Source of the DNA: a virus
Length of the DNA: 59,057 nucleotides
Virus record (IMG/VR): IMGVR_UViG_3300045988_136150
Location: 1-59,057 of that record
Reading direction: 5' to 3' (one strand)
Shown here piece after piece: positions 45,338 through 53,471 of the stretch. A program made the translations under genes and the position numbers. How positions within the stretch are numbered: position 1 is the first letter of the stretch; each line of letters begins with the position of its first letter. The notes beneath the pieces are model-generated. The model was not told where the DNA came from. It did no database searches and saw only the letters and a list, made by a program, of their open reading frames with translations.

Positions 45338-45394
45338 TCTAAAATTATATACCTCCTGTGATTAAGTTAAGTATCAAAATCACAGGAGGTATAT
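45338..45394 (+). promoter_or_regulatory. Bipartite intergenic motif, copy 6, with perfect 17-bp SD-sequestering inverted repeat
   Basis: tctaaaa at 45338 and gtgattaagttaagtatcaa at 45358. Arms 45347-45363 atatacctcctgtgatt and 45378-45394 aatcacaggaggtatat. Confidence 0.65.
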
Positions 45395-45398
45395 TTTT

Positions 45399-47072
45399 AT
45401 GGTATCGGTTGAAAAGCTGGATAAAGGTACCTATTTTGAGGATGCCTTTAAGGTTTCTTTTAAGTACGATCCTACTACGGTAGCTAAGATAAAAAAGCTG
45501 GCGGAAAGGAGATACTTACCAGAGGATAGAGCGTGGGAGATCCCCTCTTATGAGCTCCCTAATCTGGTAGAAACGCTAGGGAGCCATAACATTACCAGTA
45601 ACAGCGGTGTAATGGATGCCCTCAAAACTAAGGAAATAAAGGATAAAAGAGAGGCTACGCAGGAAAGATTAAAAGGCATAAAGCCTATTATAGATTTTCC
45701 TTTTACCACTACTCCCCTCCCTCATCAGATAGAGGCATTTAACTATGGGCTGGAGAGAGATGAGCTCCTTATAGGAGATGAGCAGGGCTTAGGTAAAACT
45801 AAGGAGAGTATAGATATTACCGTAGCCAGAAAAAAGGAGCTCTGTAAGTGCCTTATCGTATGCGGTGTAAACTCCGTTAAGTATAACTGGGAGGCAGAGA
45901 TTAGGATCCACTCTAAGGAAAAAAGTGTTATGCTGGATCAAAAAACAATGCCTCTAAGAGTAAAAGCTCTTAATGAGTGGCTTAGAGGATCTGAGTATTA
46001 TGCTATTATCAATATTGAGAGCCTCCGTAATGAGGCTGTGCAGGATGCTATATACTTAGGCATTAAGGATGGATATATAGGCTGTATTATCGTAGATGAG
46101 ATCCATAAGGCTAAGAATGGTAACAGCCAGCAAGGGAAAGCTCTTAGGATGCTTAAGAGCCCTGTTAAAATAGGTTTATCTGGTACTCCTATGAATAAGG
46201 CAGAGGATCTATGGAATATCCTTACTTGGTTAGGGATTGAAAAGAGGAGCTTTTACAGTTTTCGTAATGCCTACTGTGTTATGGGAGGATACGGAGGCTA
46301 TAAAGTAGTAGGACATAAAAACCTAGAGAGCCTCAATGCTGAGTTAAATAAAGTTATGCTCCGTAGAAAGAAAGAGGAGGTACTGGATCTACCACCTAAG
46401 ATCCACTCCACAGAGTATGTAGAACTTACTAAGAAACAGCAGGTACTCTATAGAGATATTAAAAATGGTATTATAGAGGATATGGAGAATATCCTAGCCT
46501 CTGTTAATCCGCTTAGCTGTACTCTTAGATTAAGACAGCTTACAGGAGGTATGTTTACAGAGGATAACCCTAAGTTGGAGCGTATTATGGATATGCTCTC
46601 TGAGGAGATTATCCCTAACGGTTATAAGGCTATTATTTTCTCTCAATGGGAGCAAATAGCCAGCCTCTATTATGAGGCGTTAAAGGAGTATAACCCTGTA
46701 TATATTGTGGGTAAGGTATCTCCAGAGGATAGACAGAAAGAGGTAGAGCGTTTCCAAAATGATCCTAATTGTAAGCTGGCTGTAGGTACTATAGGGGCTA
46801 TGGGTACAGGATTAACCCTTAATAAAGCCTCCTATGTATTCTTTATAGATAAACTCTGGAATAGTGGAGAAAATGCACAGGCGGAGGATCGTGCTCATCG
46901 TATCGGTACCGCTGGTACTGTAAATGTTATCTCTATGGTGGCTAAGGGATCTGTAGATGAGGGTGTGGAGGAGTACCTCTTAGAAAATCAAGATCTTTTT
47001 GATAGAGTAGTAGATGGCAAAGGATCTAAGGCAGATATTAAAACAATTCTTAATAAGCTGTTGAAACTGTAA
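45399..47072 (+). CDS. SNF2-family helicase
   Basis: GDEQGLGKT, VDEIHKAKN (DExH) and QAEDRAHRIGT. Confidence 0.85.
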   Translation: MVSVEKLDKGTYFEDAFKVSFKYDPTTVAKIKKLAERRYLPEDRAWEIPSYELPNLVETLGSHNITSNSGVMDALKTKEIKDKREATQERLKGIKPIIDFPFTTTPLPHQIEAFNYGLERDELLIGDEQGLGKTKESIDITVARKKELCKCLIVCGVNSVKYNWEAEIRIHSKEKSVMLDQKTMPLRVKALNEWLRGSEYYAIINIESLRNEAVQDAIYLGIKDGYIGCIIVDEIHKAKNGNSQQGKALRMLKSPVKIGLSGTPMNKAEDLWNILTWLGIEKRSFYSFRNAYCVMGGYGGYKVVGHKNLESLNAELNKVMLRRKKEEVLDLPPKIHSTEYVELTKKQQVLYRDIKNGIIEDMENILASVNPLSCTLRLRQLTGGMFTEDNPKLERIMDMLSEEIIPNGYKAIIFSQWEQIASLYYEALKEYNPVYIVGKVSPEDRQKEVERFQNDPNCKLAVGTIGAMGTGLTLNKASYVFFIDKLWNSGENAQAEDRAHRIGTAGTVNVISMVAKGSVDEGVEEYLLENQDLFDRVVDGKGSKADIKTILNKLLKL

Positions 47073-47118
47073 GGGAAAATATGTTATACTAGGGGTATAT
47101 AAAAAGGAGGTACGCTTA

Positions 47119-47346
47119 ATGAAAGTTTATACTATAGATGCAGATACTAAAGAAAGAGTTTATACCAGAAAAGAGGTAGCGGATCTGGTAGGGGTATCTA
47201 CACAGACTATCCGTTTATGGGAGGATGCTGGAGTTATTCCCTCCTCTGTGAGGGATGATAATGGGTATAGATACTGGAGAGAGGCAGATCTGGAACAGAT
47301 TAAGGCTTATGCAGATCTCCCAGCTAAAGACCGTAGAAAGAAATAG
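47119..47346 (+). CDS. MerR-family HTH protein
   Basis: YTRKEVADLVGVSTQTIRLWEDAGVI...GYRYW. Confidence 0.7.
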   Translation: MKVYTIDADTKERVYTRKEVADLVGVSTQTIRLWEDAGVIPSSVRDDNGYRYWREADLEQIKAYADLPAKDRRKK

Positions 47347-47356
47347 TACTTAATTT

Positions 47357-47388
47357 TGAGGAGGGCTTAACAGCTCTCCTCTTTTTTT
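47357..47388 (+). terminator. Rho-independent terminator
   Basis: gaggagggct pairs with agctctcctc, followed by T8. Confidence 0.75.
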
Positions 47389-47430
47389 TGTACTCAAATG
47401 TGAGGAAATAGGTAAAAATATTTTTCCCTA

Positions 47431-47470
47431 TCTAAATTTTTTACCTCTATGAGATTAAGTTAAGCATCAC
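47431..47470 (+). promoter_or_regulatory. Bipartite intergenic motif, copy 7
   Basis: tctaaat at 47431 and gagattaagttaagcatcac at 47451-47470. Confidence 0.55.
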
Positions 47471-47491
47471 ATAAAACAGGAGGTAGGCATT

Positions 47492-47794
47492 ATGTTAAAA
47501 ATTCAATTTGCAAATGCACAGGTAAGGGATAACGGTTATGGGATCTCTGTAAATGGTAAGGAGCTTAGTGAGATTATCTCCACAGCTCTAGGTACCAGAG
47601 CAAGCGGTAAGTACGGTTATAATTCTGGGCTCCCAGCCTTTGAGAGTAATAGCTGTGATGTTACTGTAATCATTAACCCTCATCCTGTAGTAGAGGAGAT
47701 TGAAACAGATGAGGAGGTTTTCCATAGTGTAGCAGAGTTGGAGGAGATCAAAAATGAGCAGTATAAAGAGGAAAATGGAGAGGGCGAAAGCTAA
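47492..47794 (+). CDS. Hypothetical protein
   Basis: RBS aggagg. Confidence 0.5.
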   Translation: MLKIQFANAQVRDNGYGISVNGKELSEIISTALGTRASGKYGYNSGLPAFESNSCDVTVIINPHPVVEEIETDEEVFHSVAELEEIKNEQYKEENGEGES

Positions 47795-47930
47795 GCAGGA
47801 TGGCACTCTACTCTATAAAAAAGTACTTGCTAGAAAGTTTGGGTGCTCCGTACCAGAGCTAAACAAGAGGCTAAAACGGAGAGAAAATAATCTTAAAAAA
47901 TTGGAGGAAAAACAAGATGGCAAAGAGTGA
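47754..47930 (+). CDS. Small basic protein (58 aa, not in ORF track)
   Basis: Hand translation MSSIKRKMERAKAKQDGTLLYKKVLARKFGCSVPELNKRLKRRENN. Confidence 0.35.
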   Translation: MSSIKRKMERAKAKQDGTLLYKKVLARKFGCSVPELNKRLKRRENNLKKLEEKQDGKE

Positions 47931-48132
47931 TTTTACAGCTAGAGTAGCTGGTATGGATATTGAGCTGGGGATGAGCGTACAAAACAAGAGCGGTATTTGG
48001 TGTAAGCCTACTGTGCGTATGAGTATTGCTATTGATGGAGGCACAGATCCTAAACAGCGTGAGGCTATCATTAAACAGGCTTTTGATGAGGTTTGTGATA
48101 ACATCGAAAAAGTGATCTCTGAAATGGAATAA
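47917..48132 (+). CDS. Hypothetical protein
   Basis: RBS tggagg. Confidence 0.45.
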   Translation: MAKSDFTARVAGMDIELGMSVQNKSGIWCKPTVRMSIAIDGGTDPKQREAIIKQAFDEVCDNIEKVISEME

Positions 48133-48191
48133 AATACTTACAGGGGGGGGGAGAGTGTTTTTCTCCTCTCTCCTTAATCTGGAGGTATAAA

Positions 48192-48512
48192 ATGAGCAAA
48201 AACACTATAAACCCTAAAAATTATTATGTAATACAAGGCTGGATGAGATCGGAGTTAGGATTAAGCGGTAATGCTTTGAACATTTACGCTATTATTTATG
48301 GGGTATCACAAGTATCTCATCAAGAGTTTACAGGGAGCATTAACTATCTATGTGAGTGGCTAGGGGTATCACGCCCTACAGTTATCAATACCCTTAAAGA
48401 CCTAGTTTGTAAGGGGCATTTAAGAAAGAAAAGTACAGCTATCAACGGTGTAATTTACAATAAATATACAGCGGTAGTACCAGATAGTATCAAGAGAAAT
48501 ATAGAGGTGTAA
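48192..48512 (+). CDS. Winged-helix DNA-binding protein (replication-initiator N-domain-like)
   Basis: SGNALNIYAIIYGVSQ...INYLCEWLGVSRPTVINTLKDLVCKGHL. Confidence 0.5.
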   Translation: MSKNTINPKNYYVIQGWMRSELGLSGNALNIYAIIYGVSQVSHQEFTGSINYLCEWLGVSRPTVINTLKDLVCKGHLRKKSTAINGVIYNKYTAVVPDSIKRNIEV

Positions 48513-48515
48513 GAG

Positions 48516-49247
48516 ATGGGTAAGATAAAGCTAAACAAAAAAGATAATTTTACCATTATCTCAAACAGCGTACTCAAAAACGCTAACCTCACTCTTAAGG
48601 CTAAGGGGCTCTATGCTTATATGTGGAGCTTACCAGATGATTGGGATTACTCTGTAGCAGGACTTACTAAGGTACTCAAAGAGGGTAAAGATGCTATAAA
48701 TGAGGCTCTAAAGGAGTTGGAGAGAGAGGGCTATTTAGTCCGTACTATCCTTAGATCTGGTGGTAAATTTTCGGATATGGATTACATTTTACACGAAACT
48801 CCACAGCGTGTACCGTTTACGGAAAATCCGCAAGCGGAAAAACCGTTTACGGAAAATCCGCAACAAATAAATACTAATAAAACAAATAAAGAAAAAAAGA
48901 AAGATCCTCTACCTACGGTAGAGGGAGAGCAAGCTCTCCCAGAGAAAAAAAGATCTTATACAGAGATCCTTAGTGCAGAGGATAATAAGTATGTGAGAGA
49001 GGCTCTGGAGAAATTTATTAAGTATTGCAGAGGAAAGAATTATACTCCTAAGGTTACTACAGTAACAGAGTTTGCAAAGGTGCTTAGAGAAAATGCTGGA
49101 GAGGATCCTGTAACAGCCTTAGCTATTGTAGATCAAAGTATAGATAATGGCTGGAAAGCCTTATACCCCTTGAAAAAATACGGTAAGCAGAAAACAGCTA
49201 CAGCGGTTAGTAAGCCTGTAGAGGGAGATACCGTTAGAACATATTAA
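48516..49247 (+). CDS. Replisome organizer / replication initiator-like protein
   Basis: FTIISNSVLKNANLTLKAKGLYAYMWSLPDDWDYSVAGL...INEALKELEREGYL. Contains internal iterons. Confidence 0.6.
   Translation: MGKIKLNKKDNFTIISNSVLKNANLTLKAKGLYAYMWSLPDDWDYSVAGLTKVLKEGKDAINEALKELEREGYLVRTILRSGGKFSDMDYILHETPQRVPFTENPQAEKPFTENPQQINTNKTNKEKKKDPLPTVEGEQALPEKKRSYTEILSAEDNKYVREALEKFIKYCRGKNYTPKVTTVTEFAKVLRENAGEDPVTALAIVDQSIDNGWKALYPLKKYGKQKTATAVSKPVEGDTVRTY
48812..48863 (+). repeat. Two exact 22-bp direct repeats (accgtttacggaaaatccgcaa), 30-bp period, followed by an A-rich tract: candidate origin iterons
   Basis: Copies at 48812-48833 and 48842-48863. They encode the duplicated FTENPQ. Confidence 0.6.
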
Positions 49248-49250
49248 GTT

Positions 49251-49279
49251 AGGAGGGATTATCTCCCTCCTGTTTTTTG
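49251..49279 (+). terminator. Rho-independent terminator
   Basis: aggaggga pairs with tccctcct, followed by T6. Confidence 0.7.
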
Positions 49280-49319
49280 TCTAAAAGTATTCGGTTTGTG
49301 TGATTATATTAGTTATCAA
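49280..49319 (+). promoter_or_regulatory. Bipartite intergenic motif, copy 8
   Basis: tctaaaa at 49280 and gtgattatattagttatcaa at 49300-49319. Confidence 0.55.
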
Positions 49320-49339
49320 GGTTAAGGAGGTAGGCAAGA

Positions 49340-49996
49340 GTGAAATGCTTTGCAGAGGCATATTGCCAAAAGGATAAATCAGCCTGTAGCGATCTTTGCG
49401 GAGGTTATAGAGTGCTTAGGGCTTTATATAATTTGAGTAGGATGCCAGAGGGGTATAGATATAATATTACCTTAGAGGCTAAGGAAAGTGAGCTCCCAGC
49501 TTTTGAGGCACTCAATGAGTATAAGGAGAAAGTGCTGGAAAAAGTAGAGGTTGGAGAGGGGCTGTATATCTGGGGTAAAAGCACAGGTAACGGTAAGACA
49601 AGCTGGGCTTGTAAGATAATGAGCCACTACTTTAGAAAAATAGCCTTTGATACAGGGCTTGAAAATGAGGGGCTTTACATATTCCTCCCTACTTTTCTGG
49701 AGGATCTTAGAAATAACTACGAGGATAAAGATCCAGATTTTGAGCAGGTACTCACAATGGTAAAAAGCTGTAAGCTCCTTATCATTGATGATATAGGGGC
49801 GGAGAGAGTAACAGACTGGGTAAGGGAGAGAGTTGTAAGCATTATCAATACCAGAGTATCTAATAATCTTGCCACAATTTATACAAGTAATCTCTCTCCA
49901 GAGGAGCTTAAAGAGGAGCTGGGGGATCGTATTGCTAGTAGAGTGGTAGGCTCCTCACAGGTAATAGAAATGGTTGGAGGAGATAGGAGATTATGA
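49340..49996 (+). CDS. DnaC/IstB-like helicase loader ATPase
   Basis: WGKSTGNGKTS (Walker A) and LLIIDDIGAE (Walker B). Confidence 0.7.
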   Translation: MKCFAEAYCQKDKSACSDLCGGYRVLRALYNLSRMPEGYRYNITLEAKESELPAFEALNEYKEKVLEKVEVGEGLYIWGKSTGNGKTSWACKIMSHYFRKIAFDTGLENEGLYIFLPTFLEDLRNNYEDKDPDFEQVLTMVKSCKLLIIDDIGAERVTDWVRERVVSIINTRVSNNLATIYTSNLSPEELKEELGDRIASRVVGSSQVIEMVGGDRRL

Positions 49997-51321
49997 TGAA
50001 TACAGTAGAGCAGAGTTTAATCTGTAAAGTGTTAGATGCTCCAGATTTGGAGATCCTCCACGCTAACGGAGTTATAGCGGAGATGTTTCTTACTTGTAAG
50101 GATGAGATAGAGTTTATCATTAACCACTATAACACTTATAAGCAGATGCCAGATAAGATCACTTTCTTAGGCAAGTACACAGATTTTCAAATGCTGGAGG
50201 TTACTGAGAGTGTAGATTACTTAGTATATAAGCTCAAAGAGGCTTACACTTATACTAAGTTGGCTCCTATCATCCAGAATACAGCGGATCTAGTGAGAGA
50301 GGATAGTATTAAGGCTATCCAGTACATAAAGGATCAGTTAGAGGCACTCCAAAAAGAGGTACCTGTAAGCAAGAATAAAGATGGGTACGATATTGTATCT
50401 AACGCTAAAGATCGTTTAACTGAGTATAAAAAGAGATGTGAGGTTAAGGGTTTAATCGGTATCCCTACTGGTATTGATAAGCTGGATGAGCTTACTAATG
50501 GCTGGATGTGGGGAGAGGAGCTAGTAGTAGTAACTGGGCGTACTAATGTGGGTAAAACTTGGATAGGAGAATATTTTGCAGTAGTAGCTTGGAATTTAGG
50601 ATATAAGATCCTTTTTTACTCTGGAGAAATGAGTAGAGAGATGGTAGGCTTTAGATTTGATACTCTTAATAAGCATTTCTCTAATATGGGGCTCCTTAAC
50701 GGTGCTCATACTCTGGGAGATAAAAAGGGTACCGATGGAGGAAAGTACTTACAAGAGGATTATGAGAATTACATAAACCAGCTCTCACAGAAAAGCGGTT
50801 TTATCGTAGTTACTCCAGATGATTTTGAGGGGCGTAAACCTAATGCAGATGAGCTTAAGAGCTTAGCTATTAAACACGGTGCAGATATGATCGTAGTGGA
50901 TCAGCTCTCTCTTATGAGTGATAAGCGTAGAGCTGATACTCCCAGAATTGCTTATAACAACATATCAGAAGATCTCTTTCTGGTATCTAAGGAGCTTAAA
51001 AAGCCTATCCTCCTTATGGCACAGGCTAACCGTGAGGCGGTAAAGAATAGGAAAAAGGGAGAGAGCCCAGAGCTCCACGATCTAGCGGAGAGTGATGGCG
51101 TAGGGCAAAATGCCACTAGAGTACTCTCCCTTAGTGTGATTGATGGCACACTTAAAATATCTATCAAGAAAAACAGATACGGTATGAATAATAAAGAGGT
51201 GCTTATGATCTGGGATATTAACACAGGCTACTTAGATCCTTTGATTAAAAAAGAGGATAATCCAGAGGCAGAGAGCACGGATGGCACAGATAAGGGAGGT
51301 AATAAAGATTATGGCTTTTAA
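49993..51321 (+). CDS. dnaB: Replicative DNA helicase (DnaB family)
   Basis: GIPTGIDKLDELTNG...VVTGRTNVGKT...IVVDQLSLM...LMAQANR. Confidence 0.85.
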   Translation: MMNTVEQSLICKVLDAPDLEILHANGVIAEMFLTCKDEIEFIINHYNTYKQMPDKITFLGKYTDFQMLEVTESVDYLVYKLKEAYTYTKLAPIIQNTADLVREDSIKAIQYIKDQLEALQKEVPVSKNKDGYDIVSNAKDRLTEYKKRCEVKGLIGIPTGIDKLDELTNGWMWGEELVVVTGRTNVGKTWIGEYFAVVAWNLGYKILFYSGEMSREMVGFRFDTLNKHFSNMGLLNGAHTLGDKKGTDGGKYLQEDYENYINQLSQKSGFIVVTPDDFEGRKPNADELKSLAIKHGADMIVVDQLSLMSDKRRADTPRIAYNNISEDLFLVSKELKKPILLMAQANREAVKNRKKGESPELHDLAESDGVGQNATRVLSLSVIDGTLKISIKKNRYGMNNKEVLMIWDINTGYLDPLIKKEDNPEAESTDGTDKGGNKDYGF

Positions 51322-51550
51322 TGTAGAATATGGGGAGGGGCTCCCTAAAGGTAGGCTGGTACCTATGTACCTCACAGAGGAGGGCGATCTATTCCCTGTA
51401 TTATTTGCTAGTGAGGAGCAAATGGATATAGTAGCTACTATGATTGGTATAGGGATGGAGCATAAGGTAGTAGTAGATACTAAAACACAGATTAACCCTA
51501 CTAATGAGAGGCTCTCTGTGTACAATTTGAAAACGAAACAAATTTTATAA
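51311..51550 (+). CDS. Hypothetical protein
   Basis: ATG at 51311 (MAFNVEYG) follows gggagg. Confidence 0.45.
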   Translation: MAFNVEYGEGLPKGRLVPMYLTEEGDLFPVLFASEEQMDIVATMIGIGMEHKVVVDTKTQINPTNERLSVYNLKTKQIL

Positions 51551-51558
51551 AAAAACTC

Positions 51559-51620
51559 TCTAAAAATTACCCCCATTTCTTATTAGGTTAAGTAACTGTA
51601 CAAGAAATGGAGGTAATTTT
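51559..51620 (+). promoter_or_regulatory. Bipartite intergenic motif, copy 9, with 19-nt SD-sequestering arms
   Basis: tctaaaa at 51559 and cttattaggttaagtaactg at 51579. Arms 51563-51581 aaaattacccccatttctt and 51602-51620 aagaaatggaggtaatttt (1 mismatch). Confidence 0.6.
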
Positions 51621-51623
51621 ATT

Positions 51624-52088
51624 ATGGAGAAATTCTTTAGTAGTAAAGATGTATCGGATGTTCTTGGAAAGAGGCACGATAATCTACTTAGAGCTATCCG
51701 TAAATACTGTGAGCAGTTAGGAGAGGATGCTCCTAAGTATTTTATCTTAGAGGGAGAGGGGCGTAAGGCTACTTATAAGGTTACTTATCTTGGCTGTGAG
51801 CTTTTGGCTGGGCGTATGATTGGCAAGGCTGGAGATGAGTTTAGGCTCTGGTATAAAGGTAATTTAGGAGAGCCTGTAGTAGAGGATCCTCCTGTGGAGC
51901 CAGAGGAGGAAAAAGCGTACACAGTAGCAGAGGTAGTAGAAATGCTTGGGATGAGTGAGAGATCTGTGTATCGTAATATCCAGAGCGGTAAGCTGGAGGC
52001 TGTAGAGCGTGAGGTATTGGTACCTACGGTTAAAAAGTTTGTAACAGCGGAGGCTCTGGAAAGATTTAAGGCAGAAAGAGAGGGCTAA
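51624..52088 (+). CDS. Rha-like regulatory protein with C-terminal excisionase/MerR-type HTH
   Basis: SSKDVSDVLGKRHDNLLRAIRKY is Rha-like. YTVAEVVEMLGMSERSVYRNIQSGKL. Confidence 0.55.
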   Translation: MEKFFSSKDVSDVLGKRHDNLLRAIRKYCEQLGEDAPKYFILEGEGRKATYKVTYLGCELLAGRMIGKAGDEFRLWYKGNLGEPVVEDPPVEPEEEKAYTVAEVVEMLGMSERSVYRNIQSGKLEAVEREVLVPTVKKFVTAEALERFKAEREG

Positions 52089-52092
52089 TAGT

Positions 52093-52353
52093 ATGAATAT
52101 CTTTGAGATGAAATGGAGGCTCTCAGCTTGCAGGGTGCAGAACGGATACACACAGAAAGAGGCTAGTGAGCTTATCGGTATCAATGAGAAAACGCTGGTA
52201 AGCTGGGAGAGTGGGCGTACAGCTCCTAATATGGAGAAAGCCCAGCGTATAAGTGAGGTTTATGGTATTCCTCTTGCCTATATTGATTTTACCAGAGAGG
52301 GAAATAAAACGCCTCTTAAGGATCGTGTAAAGGAAACAGGTGTAACGCTATGA
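52093..52353 (+). CDS. XRE-family HTH protein
   Basis: GYTQKEASELIGINEKTLVSWESGRTAP. Confidence 0.7.
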   Translation: MNIFEMKWRLSACRVQNGYTQKEASELIGINEKTLVSWESGRTAPNMEKAQRISEVYGIPLAYIDFTREGNKTPLKDRVKETGVTL

Positions 52354-52772
52354 GTATGTTTTCTAAGAATTTGCACAGGGCACTTTCTGTATTATCCATT
52401 AAGCAGGTAGATTTTGCTAGTGCTATTGGAGTACCGCCTACTACAGTAAGTGGATGGATTAGAGGAGCTCACGAGCCCTCTATAGATACTCTCCTTACGG
52501 TATGTAACTATCTTAATATACCTGTAGGAGAAATGGTGGGAGATACTAACCACTATGTAGATAGGATGGAGAATTTTGCAAAGGCGGAGGATAAGGTTAA
52601 GGATCTTAGTGATAAATTACGAGTGGCAACAGCGGAAATAGCTAAGTATAAAGAGATTGCTTATCGTGCAGAGGAGGAGTTGGAGGCTGTAAAGAGATCT
52701 GGAAACAGGTACCGCAATTTGGTAGATACTCTTAAGGCAGATGGAGCCTCAAAGATTACTATAGAGTTTTAG
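52350..52772 (+). CDS. XRE-family HTH protein with coiled-coil tail
   Basis: SIKQVDFASAIGVPPTTVSGWIRGAHEPSIDTL. Confidence 0.7.
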   Translation: MSMFSKNLHRALSVLSIKQVDFASAIGVPPTTVSGWIRGAHEPSIDTLLTVCNYLNIPVGEMVGDTNHYVDRMENFAKAEDKVKDLSDKLRVATAEIAKYKEIAYRAEEELEAVKRSGNRYRNLVDTLKADGASKITIEF

Positions 52773-52784
52773 GACAAAGAGAAA

Positions 52785-52822
52785 GAGCCCAGTACCGTAA
52801 TACTGGGCTCCCCTGTGGGAGC
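52785..52822. terminator. Convergent-gene terminator region (two hairpins)
   Basis: gagcccagta (52785-52794) pairs with tactgggctc (52801-52810). gctccc pairs with gggagc (52807-52822). On the - strand the first hairpin is followed by tttctcttt. Confidence 0.6.
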
Positions 52823-53209
52823 TTAAAGCTCCTTAGTATGTAGCTCTAGTAATCTTTGAGCTACCCCTTGCAGTAGGCGTATATCAGCATTTTCTAGCTG
52901 TATTGAGAGTTTTAGTAGCTCATAGAGCTCTGTGTTACTCTCTACCAGCTTAGCTATCACAATAGGATCGGAGGATGCAGATGTGGATCTGGTTACTGGA
53001 TCTGTGAGGAGATCCGTAGTGGTAATGTGGAAGTAGTTAGCCAGCATTTCTACCTTATCCATTCTAGGGAACATCTTACCGTTTACCCATTGTGAGAGCG
53101 TTGAGGAGCTGATTTTAAGATCCTTAGTGAGATCTTGTTGGGTTTTTCCGTAAAGGTTTAGGTAGTACCTAAGAGCTTTAGAAAATACCTCTTGTGGAGT
53201 ATCGCCCAT
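52823..53209 (-). CDS. CI-like phage repressor (XRE HTH), the only convincing minus-strand gene
   Basis: YGKTQQDLTKDLKISSSTLSQWVNGKMFPRMDKVEMLANYF. Divergent from a consensus promoter region containing palindromes. Confidence 0.8.
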   Translation of the reverse strand: MGDTPQEVFSKALRYYLNLYGKTQQDLTKDLKISSSTLSQWVNGKMFPRMDKVEMLANYFHITTTDLLTDPVTRSTSASSDPIVIAKLVESNTELYELLKLSIQLENADIRLLQGVAQRLLELHTKEL

Positions 53210-53244
53210 CTTTAATCACCTCCCTCCTGTAAGGGTGTACTTAT

Positions 53245-53273
53245 ATTATACAGTAAAACGGAGAAAAAAGCAA
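53245..53273 (-). promoter_or_regulatory. Repressor promoter (minus strand)
   Basis: The minus strand reads TTGCTT, a 17-nt spacer, then TATAAT (plus-strand aagcaa at 53268-53273 and attata at 53245-53250). Confidence 0.55.
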
Positions 53274-53279
53274 GAGAGA

Positions 53280-53295
53280 CAGAAAAATATTTCTG
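53280..53295. promoter_or_regulatory. Operator-like palindrome A
   Basis: cagaaa-aata-tttctg. Confidence 0.5.
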
Positions 53296-53314
53296 AAAAA
53301 CTTACATATTTCTA

Positions 53315-53343
53315 TTGACATTTCTGTTTAACAGAAGTATAAT
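53315..53343 (+). promoter_or_regulatory. Consensus rightward early promoter with operator-like palindrome B in the spacer
   Basis: TTGACA (53315-53320), a 17-nt spacer, then TATAAT (53338-53343). The spacer holds ttctgtt-t-aacagaa (53322-53336). Confidence 0.7.
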
Positions 53344-53403
53344 ATAGGAGGAGTGTTTGATACAGCCCTTTTAGAGGGAGCTGTAATATTTTTTGCTTAT
53401 CAA

Positions 53404-53432
53404 TTTCTGTTTGGCAAAACTAAAAACAGAAA
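53404..53432. promoter_or_regulatory. Operator-like inverted repeat C
   Basis: tttctgttt (53404-53412) and aaacagaaa (53424-53432), 11 nt apart. Confidence 0.4.
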
Positions 53433-53471
53433 AGGATATATTTTAACAAAACTCAAAAGGAGGTACAAGCT

